In this document: piece after piece, positions 27,731-37,433 of the stretch | Numbering within the stretch: position 1 is the stretch's first letter | Layout of the letters: every line of letters starts with the position of its first letter | Position numbers and translations under genes: made by a program | IMG/VR virus record: IMGVR_UViG_3300022935_000010 | Coordinates: 43,116-107,115 of that record | Strand: one strand, 5' to 3' | Origin: a virus | DNA: 64,000 bases | Notes under the pieces: model-generated | The model's input: only the letters and a program-made list of their open reading frames with translations | Databases searched by the model: none | What the model was told of the DNA's origin: nothing

Positions 27731-29986
27731 ATGGGAATCAGAGCAACAGATAAGAATAGAAATTTATTTTTAAAGGGTTTTAAGTTATCCAATTCAGGAA
27801 AGAACGAAGACCCTACCTATTTGGGTTTTAAGATCGTGTTTGATCCTGGTATACTTCCAATCAATCCTGATTATGGATGGGCTCCAAGTCCATTGTTAAG
27901 AGCCCAGAATTATACGCTTGATTCCGGTGCTGGAGCTGCTACTAATTTGCAAAACCCCTTCGGACAACCGCAGTATTTGAGAAGACAGAGCGACGTAACT
28001 TATTACTCTGCTTATAATTACCTTCTAGAAAGGGAAGCAAATTTCCCTGGAGGCGACACACAAAGAAGAGCACAAGCATTAAGGCAATTTCAAAAACTTT
28101 TGCAGGAAATAAATACAAATTCTCCTTGGTTTTTCCAATCCATAGAAGGACTTAATACACTTGATAAAATATCTAAAAGCGGATTTCAAGACCAAGAAGA
28201 TGTAGACACATTCGATCCACAAAGAACTAGAGACAAGGCTTTGGTAATAAATTGTCTGGAATCTTTAAACCTTAGAATAAGTGCCCTAGCAGATCTTTAT
28301 AACCAAGCAACTTTTGATGCTGATAATATGAGGTATTTGGTTCCTAGAAATCTAAGAAAATTCACCATGTGGATTTTTGTTACTGAGATTAGAAATTTTT
28401 TCAAGACAAGTAGGTTAACAGCATCTAGTACAGCTTTATCTGCTATTGACAACTTAAGCTCTTTGCTTTCTACAAATAACAATCCAGGGTCATCTATTGT
28501 TTCACAAGAAAGTGGTCAATATAGTGTAGATGGATTTAATCTTGGTTCTGAAACATCTCAAGGTGGTGGAGGTGGAGGTGCTTTTTCATCTTTTGTAAAT
28601 AATGTTTTTAGCGGATCCGGTCTTCAAAACGACGTACAGGCTTTAACGAATCAGCAAGATCAAACCGGTATAAAGCCAGTTTTAATTTATGAGTGTAGCC
28701 AATGTGAGTTTGATTTTAGTGACAGTACTCCTCTAAAAAGCACTATAGATATGGGATCAAGTAATGCCGATCCAGAGGATCAGTCTTTTAGGATACATGT
28801 AGGAAAGGTTAGAACGAAAAACCAATACCCAAATATTAGGGCTGACAAAAAGCCTTTGGTTCTTGCGGATGGTTGGGATCAAAACAGATCGAGTTACCAA
28901 TTCCTTGGGGACGATACACTTTCTTTAGAGAGTTTTCTTGGACTTGGTCAGCAAGCTTTAACTAATGTGGTTTCGAATGCAGTATCTGATTTGGTAAACG
29001 AGGGCATTAATCAATTTATAGATCCTGCTTTAAGTGGAATCGACCAGTCTTTATTAGGAAACATATATTCGTTTAACCCATCACAACTTGGTAGATTGAC
29101 TAGTCAAAACGGATCTTTCGGTTTTAACAATTTGGAGAATTTTTTAAACGGGGCAGCTGAAACCGGAATTGATAATATATTCAAAGGAAACTTGCCGAAC
29201 CCACAAACTATGGGTGAAGGTGGTCCGAAGGAAAGAGTGTATCCTCCAGTTCCTCCAACTGACGTATATGAAGGAGTACCTGGCGAAGATCTAGGAGTTC
29301 CTGATAGAGTGTATCCTCAGGTAAATGATGACGTTTACGAAAATGTTCCTGGTGAGGATCTAGGAGTTCCTGATAGAGTGTATCCTCAGGTAAATGATGA
29401 CGTTTACGAAAATGTTCCTGGTGAAGATCTCGGAGTTCCTGATAGGGTGTATCCACCTAGTAGTGGTGATGCATATGATGACGTTCCTGGAACTGATTTA
29501 GGTGTTCCTGATAGAGCATATCCACCTAGTAGTGGTGATGCATATGATGAAGTTCCTGGAACTGACCTTGGAGTTCCCGATAGGCAATATAAATTCGAAA
29601 GATCTGGGGATGTTTATGACAATGTCCCTGGCGCTGATCTTGGCGTACCAGATCGAAATTATACTTCTAACCTAAACGATGACGTTTACACGGATAGGAA
29701 TTTCACTACCGATTCTCTCGAAACCTCAAAAGTGTATGGTGAAAGTTCACAAGTATCCTCCAGAGGTGAATTAAGATCCCCAGAAAATAACTTTACACAA
29801 CCTCCGGGAACAGTTTATTCTTCTTCAAGAAAAAACCCGACCTCTGGCGAAATTGGAAACGTTTATCCAGTTACTAATGGTGATTTTATAATTGAGAATC
29901 CACTTAATTTGGGGAACTCAAAACCTGCTGATAAATATAATGTTAGCCTTGGTGATTATAACCCAGATGATTACGAGGAGCAATAA
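27731..29986 (+). CDS. baseplate/tail structural protein with acidic C-terminal repeats
   Basis: Synteny; 23-aa repeats. Confidence 0.5.
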   Translation: MGIRATDKNRNLFLKGFKLSNSGKNEDPTYLGFKIVFDPGILPINPDYGWAPSPLLRAQNYTLDSGAGAATNLQNPFGQPQYLRRQSDVTYYSAYNYLLEREANFPGGDTQRRAQALRQFQKLLQEINTNSPWFFQSIEGLNTLDKISKSGFQDQEDVDTFDPQRTRDKALVINCLESLNLRISALADLYNQATFDADNMRYLVPRNLRKFTMWIFVTEIRNFFKTSRLTASSTALSAIDNLSSLLSTNNNPGSSIVSQESGQYSVDGFNLGSETSQGGGGGGAFSSFVNNVFSGSGLQNDVQALTNQQDQTGIKPVLIYECSQCEFDFSDSTPLKSTIDMGSSNADPEDQSFRIHVGKVRTKNQYPNIRADKKPLVLADGWDQNRSSYQFLGDDTLSLESFLGLGQQALTNVVSNAVSDLVNEGINQFIDPALSGIDQSLLGNIYSFNPSQLGRLTSQNGSFGFNNLENFLNGAAETGIDNIFKGNLPNPQTMGEGGPKERVYPPVPPTDVYEGVPGEDLGVPDRVYPQVNDDVYENVPGEDLGVPDRVYPQVNDDVYENVPGEDLGVPDRVYPPSSGDAYDDVPGTDLGVPDRAYPPSSGDAYDEVPGTDLGVPDRQYKFERSGDVYDNVPGADLGVPDRNYTSNLNDDVYTDRNFTTDSLETSKVYGESSQVSSRGELRSPENNFTQPPGTVYSSSRKNPTSGEIGNVYPVTNGDFIIENPLNLGNSKPADKYNVSLGDYNPDDYEEQ
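29234..29656 (+). repeat. six ~69-bp (23-24 aa) coding repeats RVYP.....Y..VPG(E/T/A)DLGVPD
   Basis: Period of 69 seen at 29288, 29357 and 29426; two near-identical pairs. Confidence 0.95.
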
Positions 29987-29998
29987 AATATTGAGTGA

Positions 29999-30673
29999 AT
30001 GCCTTATAATCCGCCTAAAATATATCTTGGTGAAATAGTAGATATTGATGACCCACTAAAAGATGGAAGGGCAAAGATAAAGGTATTTGGACTTTTCGAT
30101 GAGCTGGAAACTGAGGATATACCATGGGCAAGCCAAGTGAATGGTATTTCGTTTGGTGGGAGTGGTAACGGAAGGCTTTCTGTTCCTAGAGTAGGTTCTG
30201 TTGTAGCATGTGAATTTGATGGGCAGAACTATTACAGAATGGTTTACTATGGTGAGTGGGAAAGCTCACCAGAGATGCTAGCTGAGATTAGTGATTCGTA
30301 TGAAGGGGCACACTCATTTGTTTATGACGTTGGTGCGGAACCAGGTCCTTTAAAAATATTTTATACCAAGAAAAAGGGATTGAATCTAGCCCTTGGCGAT
30401 GCTAAGGTTCAATTGGACACTCAAGACGGAGGTCAACTTAGGGTAGTAATTGAGATGGGAAGTGACCAGATTAGGATGGAAAATAATAAGGTCATTATCA
30501 ATTCTAATAATATAGAATTAGGAGAGGCAGCGATAGAATCCGTTATTAAGGGGAACACGTTCCAAACATATTTTAATAACCATACACATATTGGTAACCT
30601 TGGTGGTCCAACCTCACCCCCTGTAATACCTTCGGATCCAACACATTTGTCCAACATATCTAAAACAAAGTAA
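29999..30673 (+). CDS. baseplate central spike (gp5/GpV-like OB domain)
   Basis: GEIVDIDDPLKDGRAKIKVFG, IPWA, VPRVGSVV; C-terminal HTH (His-x-His) metal site; no lysozyme domain evident. Confidence 0.88.
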   Translation: MPYNPPKIYLGEIVDIDDPLKDGRAKIKVFGLFDELETEDIPWASQVNGISFGGSGNGRLSVPRVGSVVACEFDGQNYYRMVYYGEWESSPEMLAEISDSYEGAHSFVYDVGAEPGPLKIFYTKKKGLNLALGDAKVQLDTQDGGQLRVVIEMGSDQIRMENNKVIINSNNIELGEAAIESVIKGNTFQTYFNNHTHIGNLGGPTSPPVIPSDPTHLSNISKTK

Positions 30674-30676
30674 TAT

Positions 30677-33643
30677 ATGCCTGTTTTACCGGACAAAATA
30701 TTAGAGGATTTTGAAATAGATGCATTTTTTGATAGAGTAAACGTTTCAGCGGAAAAGATAATTAGTGACCCTAAGTTTAAGTTAACAACTCCGAATTTAC
30801 CTGGACTTTCTTTACTTCTTAAACTTCAAATAAGGGTATTTGAGAAAAGTTTAGCCTCTTCTTTTGCTCCTATATTTTTAGGCAAAAAAGCTTTAACCGG
30901 TGGATTCAAAGAAATTAAAGATACTTTCGAAGCCCTAAAGAGTCTTTTCCAAAACCCATTGCAGTTTTTACTAGATGAAGGAGTAAATAGCGTGCTTAAT
31001 GAATTCCCATTTCCTATAAAATTGGAGATAGGAGGTGGACCTGACATTAATTATAATCCACCAGAGGGCGATGGTAGGGCTTTTAATTCTTTTGAGGATT
31101 ATTCCTATGTGGGTGTTTTTAATTCTAGCGGGTTACCTTCATCTGGGCAATATACAACACAACAATCATCTATACCTAATATTTCTGAGGTTACAATTAG
31201 TAAAATCACAAACAGCGGATTTGATAACACATTCCTAGAAAGGATAGTTTCAGGTGATGAGATTCAAATATCTGATGATAATTTTTTAGGTACCTTTATA
31301 GTAAACTCTTCAATTTTTCTTAGCGAAGACCAAAGTGTAAGATTGAATCTTTCAGTTAAGTCCATTAAAAATCTAAAAAATGGAAAGGGTGAAAACACTA
31401 TACCTGGTTTTAACCTATCAAGTTTAAAGCTTAATGGGTGTCAGTTAGCTACTCGGTCTTTTTTGCAAGCTGATGGAACACTAAGAATGCCTTTAAGTTC
31501 ATTGGGATTAAACATTCCTTTATTATCCTCAGTTTCTTTTGTACTTGGTGATTTTGAAAATGTTCAGGACTCTTCACCTACAAAGCAGTATATTAAAAAG
31601 CTGTCCGATGAAACTGGTGTGGAATTTCAAGAATTATTGGGTGGTGTTTTGGAGGGTAAATTTCCATCTTTGGATTTTGCAAAGATTCAGGAGGAAACCC
31701 AAGCTGGTATTGAAAATTCTAATGAGCAAAGTAAGAAGGACTTAATAGTACTTGCTAGGTTATTGGAAATTGCTGTAACCAATCCTTGCTTTTTAATAGC
31801 AATAATTATAAATTATTTAAAATTACTTCTTTTGCCAATTAGGGTTGTCGTTGGGGTTCTAAAGGGTCTTGGCGAATTGATTTCAGGTCCAATTAAACTC
31901 ATCAAGACGGTAATTAAAGGAATTACAGACCCAATAGGATTGATTTGCGATCTTGTATCGAAATCATTTTTGGAGGTATTACGACCCTATATTCAAAGTC
32001 CATTACAAGCTTCTAATATTACATGGGAAGAAGCACTCAACGATCCCGATGATCCAAGTAGGGGTTTACAACCTTTGGTTTCTGATATGGTTTGTGGAGA
32101 TTTTTCTAAGAAGTTAAAAAATTATGTTCCTAATCCAAGTTTCTTTGAAAATTTAAATAACAGTTTAAATATTGAAAGTGAAAAAGAAAATGGCCCCCAA
32201 ATTACATTTGATCTAATAACAGAAGGGGATTTTCCAAAGGAAGGACAAGTTTTAGTTAATTCAGATAAAATATCTAAGATAACTAACTTCAAGGTTTCTT
32301 CTTTTTCAAATACTGTTGAAAATGCATTACCATATCTAGCATATCTTACACCGGGGGACGAGTTTAGTTTTCAGTTTGATGATCAAAGTGGAAAATATAG
32401 AATTAGTACGAAGAATTTCGTTAGAAATGAGGGATCATCTTATTTTGATATAAATGTTGTACTAGTTAAAAGTATATTGGATTTAGCAAAGGAAAAGTCT
32501 ATAGGGGATTTATTACTTGCTGGTATTAATATCGATTCTTTAAAAGCTAGTTTAAGTATTACAAATCCTGATAGGGAATTCTTATTTATAATAGAAAGGT
32601 ATCTGCCAATTAAAGTAGTGGTAGCTTGGGAAGCTATAAAAGGAATAATAGCTGTTTTTGGTGGATTAGCCCAACAGGTTCCTTCCCTAATACCAGCTGT
32701 ACTTAGAAGTATATTAGGATTGAATGAAGGCAAAAGCAGGGCTGAAATTGAAAGTCAACTGGATGGTGGTTTTAACTCTCCTGAAACATTGATTGATTCT
32801 ACATCGGAAGTTCTTCAACTTTTATTTAATGTCCCAATTGATTCTTTTTTGCAGACTTATTCTACCGAGTCAGATAGAGTTATGAGCTTGGATAAGCCTG
32901 GTTTAATATTGGAGGGCAATAACAAAAGGGGAAGAAGAATAAGATTAGTAAATAGGGGAGTGTTTCCAATTAGGAGAAATGAGAATCAAAAAAATGCATT
33001 AGATGCTGCTTATGATGTTGTACAAAATGAAAAAAAAGATTTGGAGCCTGGTGTGGAGGACATTTTTTATGACCTATATGATCTTTTAGATTCCAACGGC
33101 TTGGATACTGCTATTTATAGAAACAAGATTTCTCCTCTTCCGGGTGTAGCTACTTACCGCTCTTATAGCTTCGGTCAGCAATTTTTGAATTTTAGTAAGG
33201 ATGGAGTTGGTGGTGGATTATTTGAGGGAAAAGAACCATTTTATCCCTTCAGACTTCGAGGAAGGCAGGATTTTTATTGGGGAGCTTTAAATGTAAAGGA
33301 GCTTGGGGATAGCGTTAAGATAAGAGCTTGGATTTTATTAATCATAAATAATGTTCCTTGGTTTAACGATAAAAGAAAAAATTTCACTTTTGATAGCTCC
33401 CTTTCCGCAAAAAAATTTAACCTGGAAGACACGAATATAGTTGTTTATGGAAATGATTATAACCAGGATGAAGTGAAAAGGAAAATAATATTTAGTGGAT
33501 CTGTTTACGATGCATTAAATAAATACAAGATTACCAAATTATCGTATGATAAAAAGGAGTCCTATTACAAACTTAGGGTTAAAATTTTGCGTGAGATAGT
33601 TTTCGTTACTGATTTTGCTCTTCCTTCCCTTCTTGAAAGCTAA
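30677..33643 (+). CDS. large hypothetical protein with hydrophobic helices
   Basis: 988-aa ORF directly after the spike gene. Confidence 0.6.
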   Translation: MPVLPDKILEDFEIDAFFDRVNVSAEKIISDPKFKLTTPNLPGLSLLLKLQIRVFEKSLASSFAPIFLGKKALTGGFKEIKDTFEALKSLFQNPLQFLLDEGVNSVLNEFPFPIKLEIGGGPDINYNPPEGDGRAFNSFEDYSYVGVFNSSGLPSSGQYTTQQSSIPNISEVTISKITNSGFDNTFLERIVSGDEIQISDDNFLGTFIVNSSIFLSEDQSVRLNLSVKSIKNLKNGKGENTIPGFNLSSLKLNGCQLATRSFLQADGTLRMPLSSLGLNIPLLSSVSFVLGDFENVQDSSPTKQYIKKLSDETGVEFQELLGGVLEGKFPSLDFAKIQEETQAGIENSNEQSKKDLIVLARLLEIAVTNPCFLIAIIINYLKLLLLPIRVVVGVLKGLGELISGPIKLIKTVIKGITDPIGLICDLVSKSFLEVLRPYIQSPLQASNITWEEALNDPDDPSRGLQPLVSDMVCGDFSKKLKNYVPNPSFFENLNNSLNIESEKENGPQITFDLITEGDFPKEGQVLVNSDKISKITNFKVSSFSNTVENALPYLAYLTPGDEFSFQFDDQSGKYRISTKNFVRNEGSSYFDINVVLVKSILDLAKEKSIGDLLLAGINIDSLKASLSITNPDREFLFIIERYLPIKVVVAWEAIKGIIAVFGGLAQQVPSLIPAVLRSILGLNEGKSRAEIESQLDGGFNSPETLIDSTSEVLQLLFNVPIDSFLQTYSTESDRVMSLDKPGLILEGNNKRGRRIRLVNRGVFPIRRNENQKNALDAAYDVVQNEKKDLEPGVEDIFYDLYDLLDSNGLDTAIYRNKISPLPGVATYRSYSFGQQFLNFSKDGVGGGLFEGKEPFYPFRLRGRQDFYWGALNVKELGDSVKIRAWILLIINNVPWFNDKRKNFTFDSSLSAKKFNLEDTNIVVYGNDYNQDEVKRKIIFSGSVYDALNKYKITKLSYDKKESYYKLRVKILREIVFVTDFALPSLLES

Positions 33644-33654
33644 TTTTGTTATTA

Positions 33655-33662
33655 GATATATA
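33655..33662 (+). promoter_or_regulatory. late-promoter-like motif GATATATA
   Basis: Intergenic, before the S1-like gene. Confidence 0.65.
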
Positions 33663-33691
33663 GTTTAGTTAACTTTCTAATACAAAAATAA

Positions 33692-34858
33692 ATGAACACA
33701 TCCGAAAACAAAGATAACATCCAGGAAGAGTTTAACTGGAACATCCCTAACAGAAGAACAATCAACAGAGACATAGAAGTTTTTGACGATTCCAAAGTTT
33801 ACTGTAGGGAAGACTATGCACAATCTTTGTACTATCAAATGGCTGAAAGCCTGAAGGGAATAAATTCTTCCAAAGATCTAAGAACTGGGAATTCTTACGA
33901 AAGCACAATTACCACTCTAACTGAAAAATACGCTATTGCACAGACATACGAGGGGCAGTCAATTTATATTGACCTTGTAAAGGAAACAAAGGATGCAGGC
34001 AAACTTGGAATCACTGGGGTTGAGTTTGAGATAGGATCAGAAATACAGACGATTGTCAGAAACGTAAACGGCACTTATTATGGGTCTGTAATCGATTGCT
34101 TCATAGAGAATACCAAACAGGAATTCTTTGAACAAATTAAGAAAGAATCTCTTGCATATGAAGCTAGAATTGAATCCATTAATAATGGTGGCTATATCGT
34201 TGACGTTCAGGGCATTAAATGTTTCCTTCCTGGATCTTTAGCAGCTGCTAACAAGATTACAGATTTTGAATCCTATTTAGGCAAGGAAATCTATGTGATG
34301 ATCGACGGGTACGTACAGAAGAAAGACATTTTCGTAGTTTCTTATAAGAAGTATCTTAATAAGATTATGGACGAGAAGATACAAGAACTCGATCTTACCA
34401 AGAAATATAAAGGACACGTTACAGGAACCTCGAGCTTTGGTATCTTTGTTGAATGGGAAGACATTTACACTGGACTTATACACAAGACAGAATTTGACAA
34501 CCAGAAGGTCCAAGGATTTACCGCTGGCGATGAGATTGAATTCTACGTGAAGGAAGTAAAAGATGACAACAGACTTACATTGACCTTTGGCGAACCAGTA
34601 GATAAAACACTTAAGATTTACGATCTTAAGAAAGACATCGATGAAGGATCAAATCCAATTTCGAATGCAAGGGTAAAGCACAAAAGAAAAAATGGTGCTT
34701 TAGTTGAACTTCCTGAAATGGGTTTAATGGCTATGATTCCACAAGGAAGACTTAGTAGGGACCATAAAAATCTCAAAAGTGGAGATCAAATACTCGTTTC
34801 CGTTTATGAGGTAGATCCAGTGATGGGTAAAATATTTGTAGAACCACTTAATGAGTAA
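33692..34858 (+). CDS. rpsA: ribosomal protein bS1-like protein, about four S1 (OB) domains
   Basis: GGYIVDVQGIKCFLPGS...FVVSYK (bS1 domain-2-like); GHVTGTSSFGIFVE..TGLIHKTE (domain-3-like); flanking degenerate S1 domains. Confidence 0.8.
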   Translation: MNTSENKDNIQEEFNWNIPNRRTINRDIEVFDDSKVYCREDYAQSLYYQMAESLKGINSSKDLRTGNSYESTITTLTEKYAIAQTYEGQSIYIDLVKETKDAGKLGITGVEFEIGSEIQTIVRNVNGTYYGSVIDCFIENTKQEFFEQIKKESLAYEARIESINNGGYIVDVQGIKCFLPGSLAAANKITDFESYLGKEIYVMIDGYVQKKDIFVVSYKKYLNKIMDEKIQELDLTKKYKGHVTGTSSFGIFVEWEDIYTGLIHKTEFDNQKVQGFTAGDEIEFYVKEVKDDNRLTLTFGEPVDKTLKIYDLKKDIDEGSNPISNARVKHKRKNGALVELPEMGLMAMIPQGRLSRDHKNLKSGDQILVSVYEVDPVMGKIFVEPLNE

Positions 34859-36248
34859 TTACACCCACTTTGATAAAAGACAGGTACTTTCCTCTGCTGT
34901 ATTAGGATTTGAGTTTGAATTCTTTTCTGAAATGGTTAGGGGAAGGATTACCGAGTCTTTGTCAAAATTGTTGGGTAAAAAAGTGATGCTTTCCAATAAG
35001 TATCACTCGAAGGATCCAGTTAGCTCAGAGGTATTTAAGCTAGAGCCAGATTACTCTGGTGGTAGTAAAATGAATGAGTTGGTAACGGGTCCTTTACCAT
35101 ATGCTGAAGCAATTCCCGTACTTATAAAAGTTCTAAAATGGATTGGCGAGAATGGGTGGACTACAGATAAATGTGCATTCCAATTTTCACTAAGTTTTGA
35201 CAAGTTTGATAGATCTTTGAAAAGGATGGAGGAACTTGATAAGCTTAAATTTATACTAGGCATAGACGAGGGACTAATTTACTCAAAGTTTGGTAATAGA
35301 AAAAATAACGTTTACGCTAAGTCTATTAAAAGGGTAATTCCTAGAAATAGATTTTCGATACTAGAAAATGTTTCTTATATAGATCCAAAGCTTTTCAAGA
35401 TACCTGAGGAGAAGTATTACGGTGCTAATTTTAGTAAAATTCCAAAGGGATACGTTGAGATAAGATATCTTGGTGGCAGGGATTACCAGAAGAAAATAGG
35501 TGCAATTAGAGAAGTGATTGATTATGTCATTCTTTATACTCATGATATTCTTTCCGGTAGGTCTGTTTATGACAAAAATGATCTTGAGAATCTCAAGAAG
35601 ATGATGAAAGAATATTCTAAGGTTGTTAGAAGTTTCTCAAATCCCGAAAGCTTCTTTAGCAACTTCCCAGATTTCCATCTTCTTGTAGATCTTAAGGGCT
35701 ATGAAGAAAATATCAAAACCTATTTCCCTTACATAAGGGAAAAGATATTTGATTTGATAGTGGAGGGAAATGTGAGGAGCGGATTCTTCAATTATGATAC
35801 CACCAATGGTAGATTCCAATTGAAGGATGCTAAGGTAAAAAACGCTTCTTATATAGACGATATGGATTTGGTTAATTGTAAAATCAGATCTTCAAAGTTG
35901 GATAATTGTAGATTATTCGGATCCGATATAAGGAATAGTGAAATATACAATTCAGAGATAACTAATTCGAATAGCATCCAAAAGTCTAAAATCAAAGATT
36001 GTAGCGCAGACTATGGAAATAAACTTATTGAATGCTACGTTGATTGTCCCGAAAAGATGATCGATTGTGAAATTACTGGTGGTGTCCTTAGAAAGGCAGA
36101 TATCGGTAGAAATGCACAAGTAAGTAAGGAGACTGAAAAAGCAAAAGACTTTAATGAAATAAGGAAAAGTCGATTTATAACTGATTCCAGACTAAAGAAT
36201 CTGAACGATCCTATATCTAGAATAAAGTTTAAAAATCAGAATTACTAA
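34851..36248 (+). CDS. putative amidoligase (COOH-NH2 ligase / glutamine-synthetase-like fold) with C-terminal beta-helix
   Basis: GFEFEF, EPDYSGG, ELVTGPL, KYYGANF, VEIRYLGG; I.NS.I repeats at the C-terminus. Confidence 0.7.
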   Translation: MSNYTHFDKRQVLSSAVLGFEFEFFSEMVRGRITESLSKLLGKKVMLSNKYHSKDPVSSEVFKLEPDYSGGSKMNELVTGPLPYAEAIPVLIKVLKWIGENGWTTDKCAFQFSLSFDKFDRSLKRMEELDKLKFILGIDEGLIYSKFGNRKNNVYAKSIKRVIPRNRFSILENVSYIDPKLFKIPEEKYYGANFSKIPKGYVEIRYLGGRDYQKKIGAIREVIDYVILYTHDILSGRSVYDKNDLENLKKMMKEYSKVVRSFSNPESFFSNFPDFHLLVDLKGYEENIKTYFPYIREKIFDLIVEGNVRSGFFNYDTTNGRFQLKDAKVKNASYIDDMDLVNCKIRSSKLDNCRLFGSDIRNSEIYNSEITNSNSIQKSKIKDCSADYGNKLIECYVDCPEKMIDCEITGGVLRKADIGRNAQVSKETEKAKDFNEIRKSRFITDSRLKNLNDPISRIKFKNQNY

Positions 36249-36249
36249 C

Positions 36250-37026
36250 ATGACCTTAGAAGAACTAGTACAGGAAATTAAGGACGATCTTTCAGCAAGT
36301 TGCTCTTTACCCTATAATCTTAATGATGATGAAATACACAGAATCATAAGAAGGGCAAAGTTGTATATGTATGACAACTATCAATATGCTGCTGAGGAAA
36401 GGGTTTTTATCCTTGCCAACAACCTATTCGGTCATGAGGAGTTTAGAAGAACCCGCCAGATAAAACTGCCAGAGAAGATTGTCAGTGTTTATGATGTAAG
36501 AGAAGTTAATGGAATGGGTATTGCAGGAACTCCAGATAGGGATTTTGGTGACTCTAAACTTCTTGGGTCTGAACTTCTGTTATCTCCTTTTACTGGGGAT
36601 AACCTAGTTTATAGGACAGTTATGTATTCTTACTTTGATCTTGCACAAGCATATCTACTACCGACATTTGCATTTAAGTTTAATAAAAACAATAAGAAAC
36701 TTACCATTCTAGGTAGAGATCCAAATAGATCTGGATCTGGTGGCGTAGGCACAGGCTATAACCAAAACGGTATGGATGTGGCTGTAAGATGTTTTATTGC
36801 TATTGATGATTATGAACTATACGACGACGAGTTGTTTGTTAGATACTGCTTAGCTAAGGCAAAGATTTCTCTCTCCAGGGTGTTAAGCGCTTTTGATTAT
36901 AACCTTCCTGGTGGTGTAAGAGTAAATACGTCGGAACTTAGATCTGATGGAGAAAGAGAACTTCAAGAGGTCATGGATATGATCAACGGGGAGAACACTC
37001 CTTCTTATTTCTTACAGTGGAACTAA
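36250..37026 (+). CDS. neck/head-tail adaptor protein (T4 gp13-like)
   Basis: YCLAKAK..LSRVL..FDYNLPGGVRVN...G..E motif. Confidence 0.7.
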   Translation: MTLEELVQEIKDDLSASCSLPYNLNDDEIHRIIRRAKLYMYDNYQYAAEERVFILANNLFGHEEFRRTRQIKLPEKIVSVYDVREVNGMGIAGTPDRDFGDSKLLGSELLLSPFTGDNLVYRTVMYSYFDLAQAYLLPTFAFKFNKNNKKLTILGRDPNRSGSGGVGTGYNQNGMDVAVRCFIAIDDYELYDDELFVRYCLAKAKISLSRVLSAFDYNLPGGVRVNTSELRSDGERELQEVMDMINGENTPSYFLQWN

Positions 37027-37030
37027 TCTT

Positions 37031-37038
37031 GATATATA
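37031..37038 (+). promoter_or_regulatory. late-promoter-like motif GATATATA
   Basis: Intergenic, before the gp25-like gene. Confidence 0.65.
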
Positions 37039-37057
37039 TGGGGAATTAAAATTTCCC

Positions 37058-37429
37058 ATGGTAGAGATTTATAACAGAGACCCTTCTGATCCAAATTACA
37101 AGGAAAATATTGTTGAGATAACTCAACCGGTTGAAATTTGTATAGGTCAACTGAAAATGCTTCTCCTTACTAATAAGGGAGAAGTCCTTGGTGACCCTAA
37201 ATTCGGACTTAATCTTGAGGATTTGGTTTTTAGTTTAGAACTATCCGAAAAAACGTTAAGAGATGAAATAGAGAAGGGACTTAGATTCTATGTACCCCTG
37301 TTTGCTCAATTGGGTGGATATTTTGATTTGAAATTTTACCAGGGTACCGAAAGGGACATCTGTTTGCTTGATTTTTATATACCAAGTTCGGGTGACCAAA
37401 GCCCAACAATATCATTGAAAGTAAGTTAA
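37058..37429 (+). CDS. baseplate wedge protein (gp25/GPW-like)
   Basis: LLLTNKGEVLGDPKFGLNLEDLVF. Confidence 0.85.
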   Translation: MVEIYNRDPSDPNYKENIVEITQPVEICIGQLKMLLLTNKGEVLGDPKFGLNLEDLVFSLELSEKTLRDEIEKGLRFYVPLFAQLGGYFDLKFYQGTERDICLLDFYIPSSGDQSPTISLKVS

Positions 37430-37433
37430 GAAG

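Noticed and set aside
29234-29656. Possible CRISPR array or DGR template/variable repeat
   Set aside because: Units are in-frame coding repeats with duplicated rather than unique spacers; differences are not adenine-specific; no cas or reverse transcriptase gene in the window
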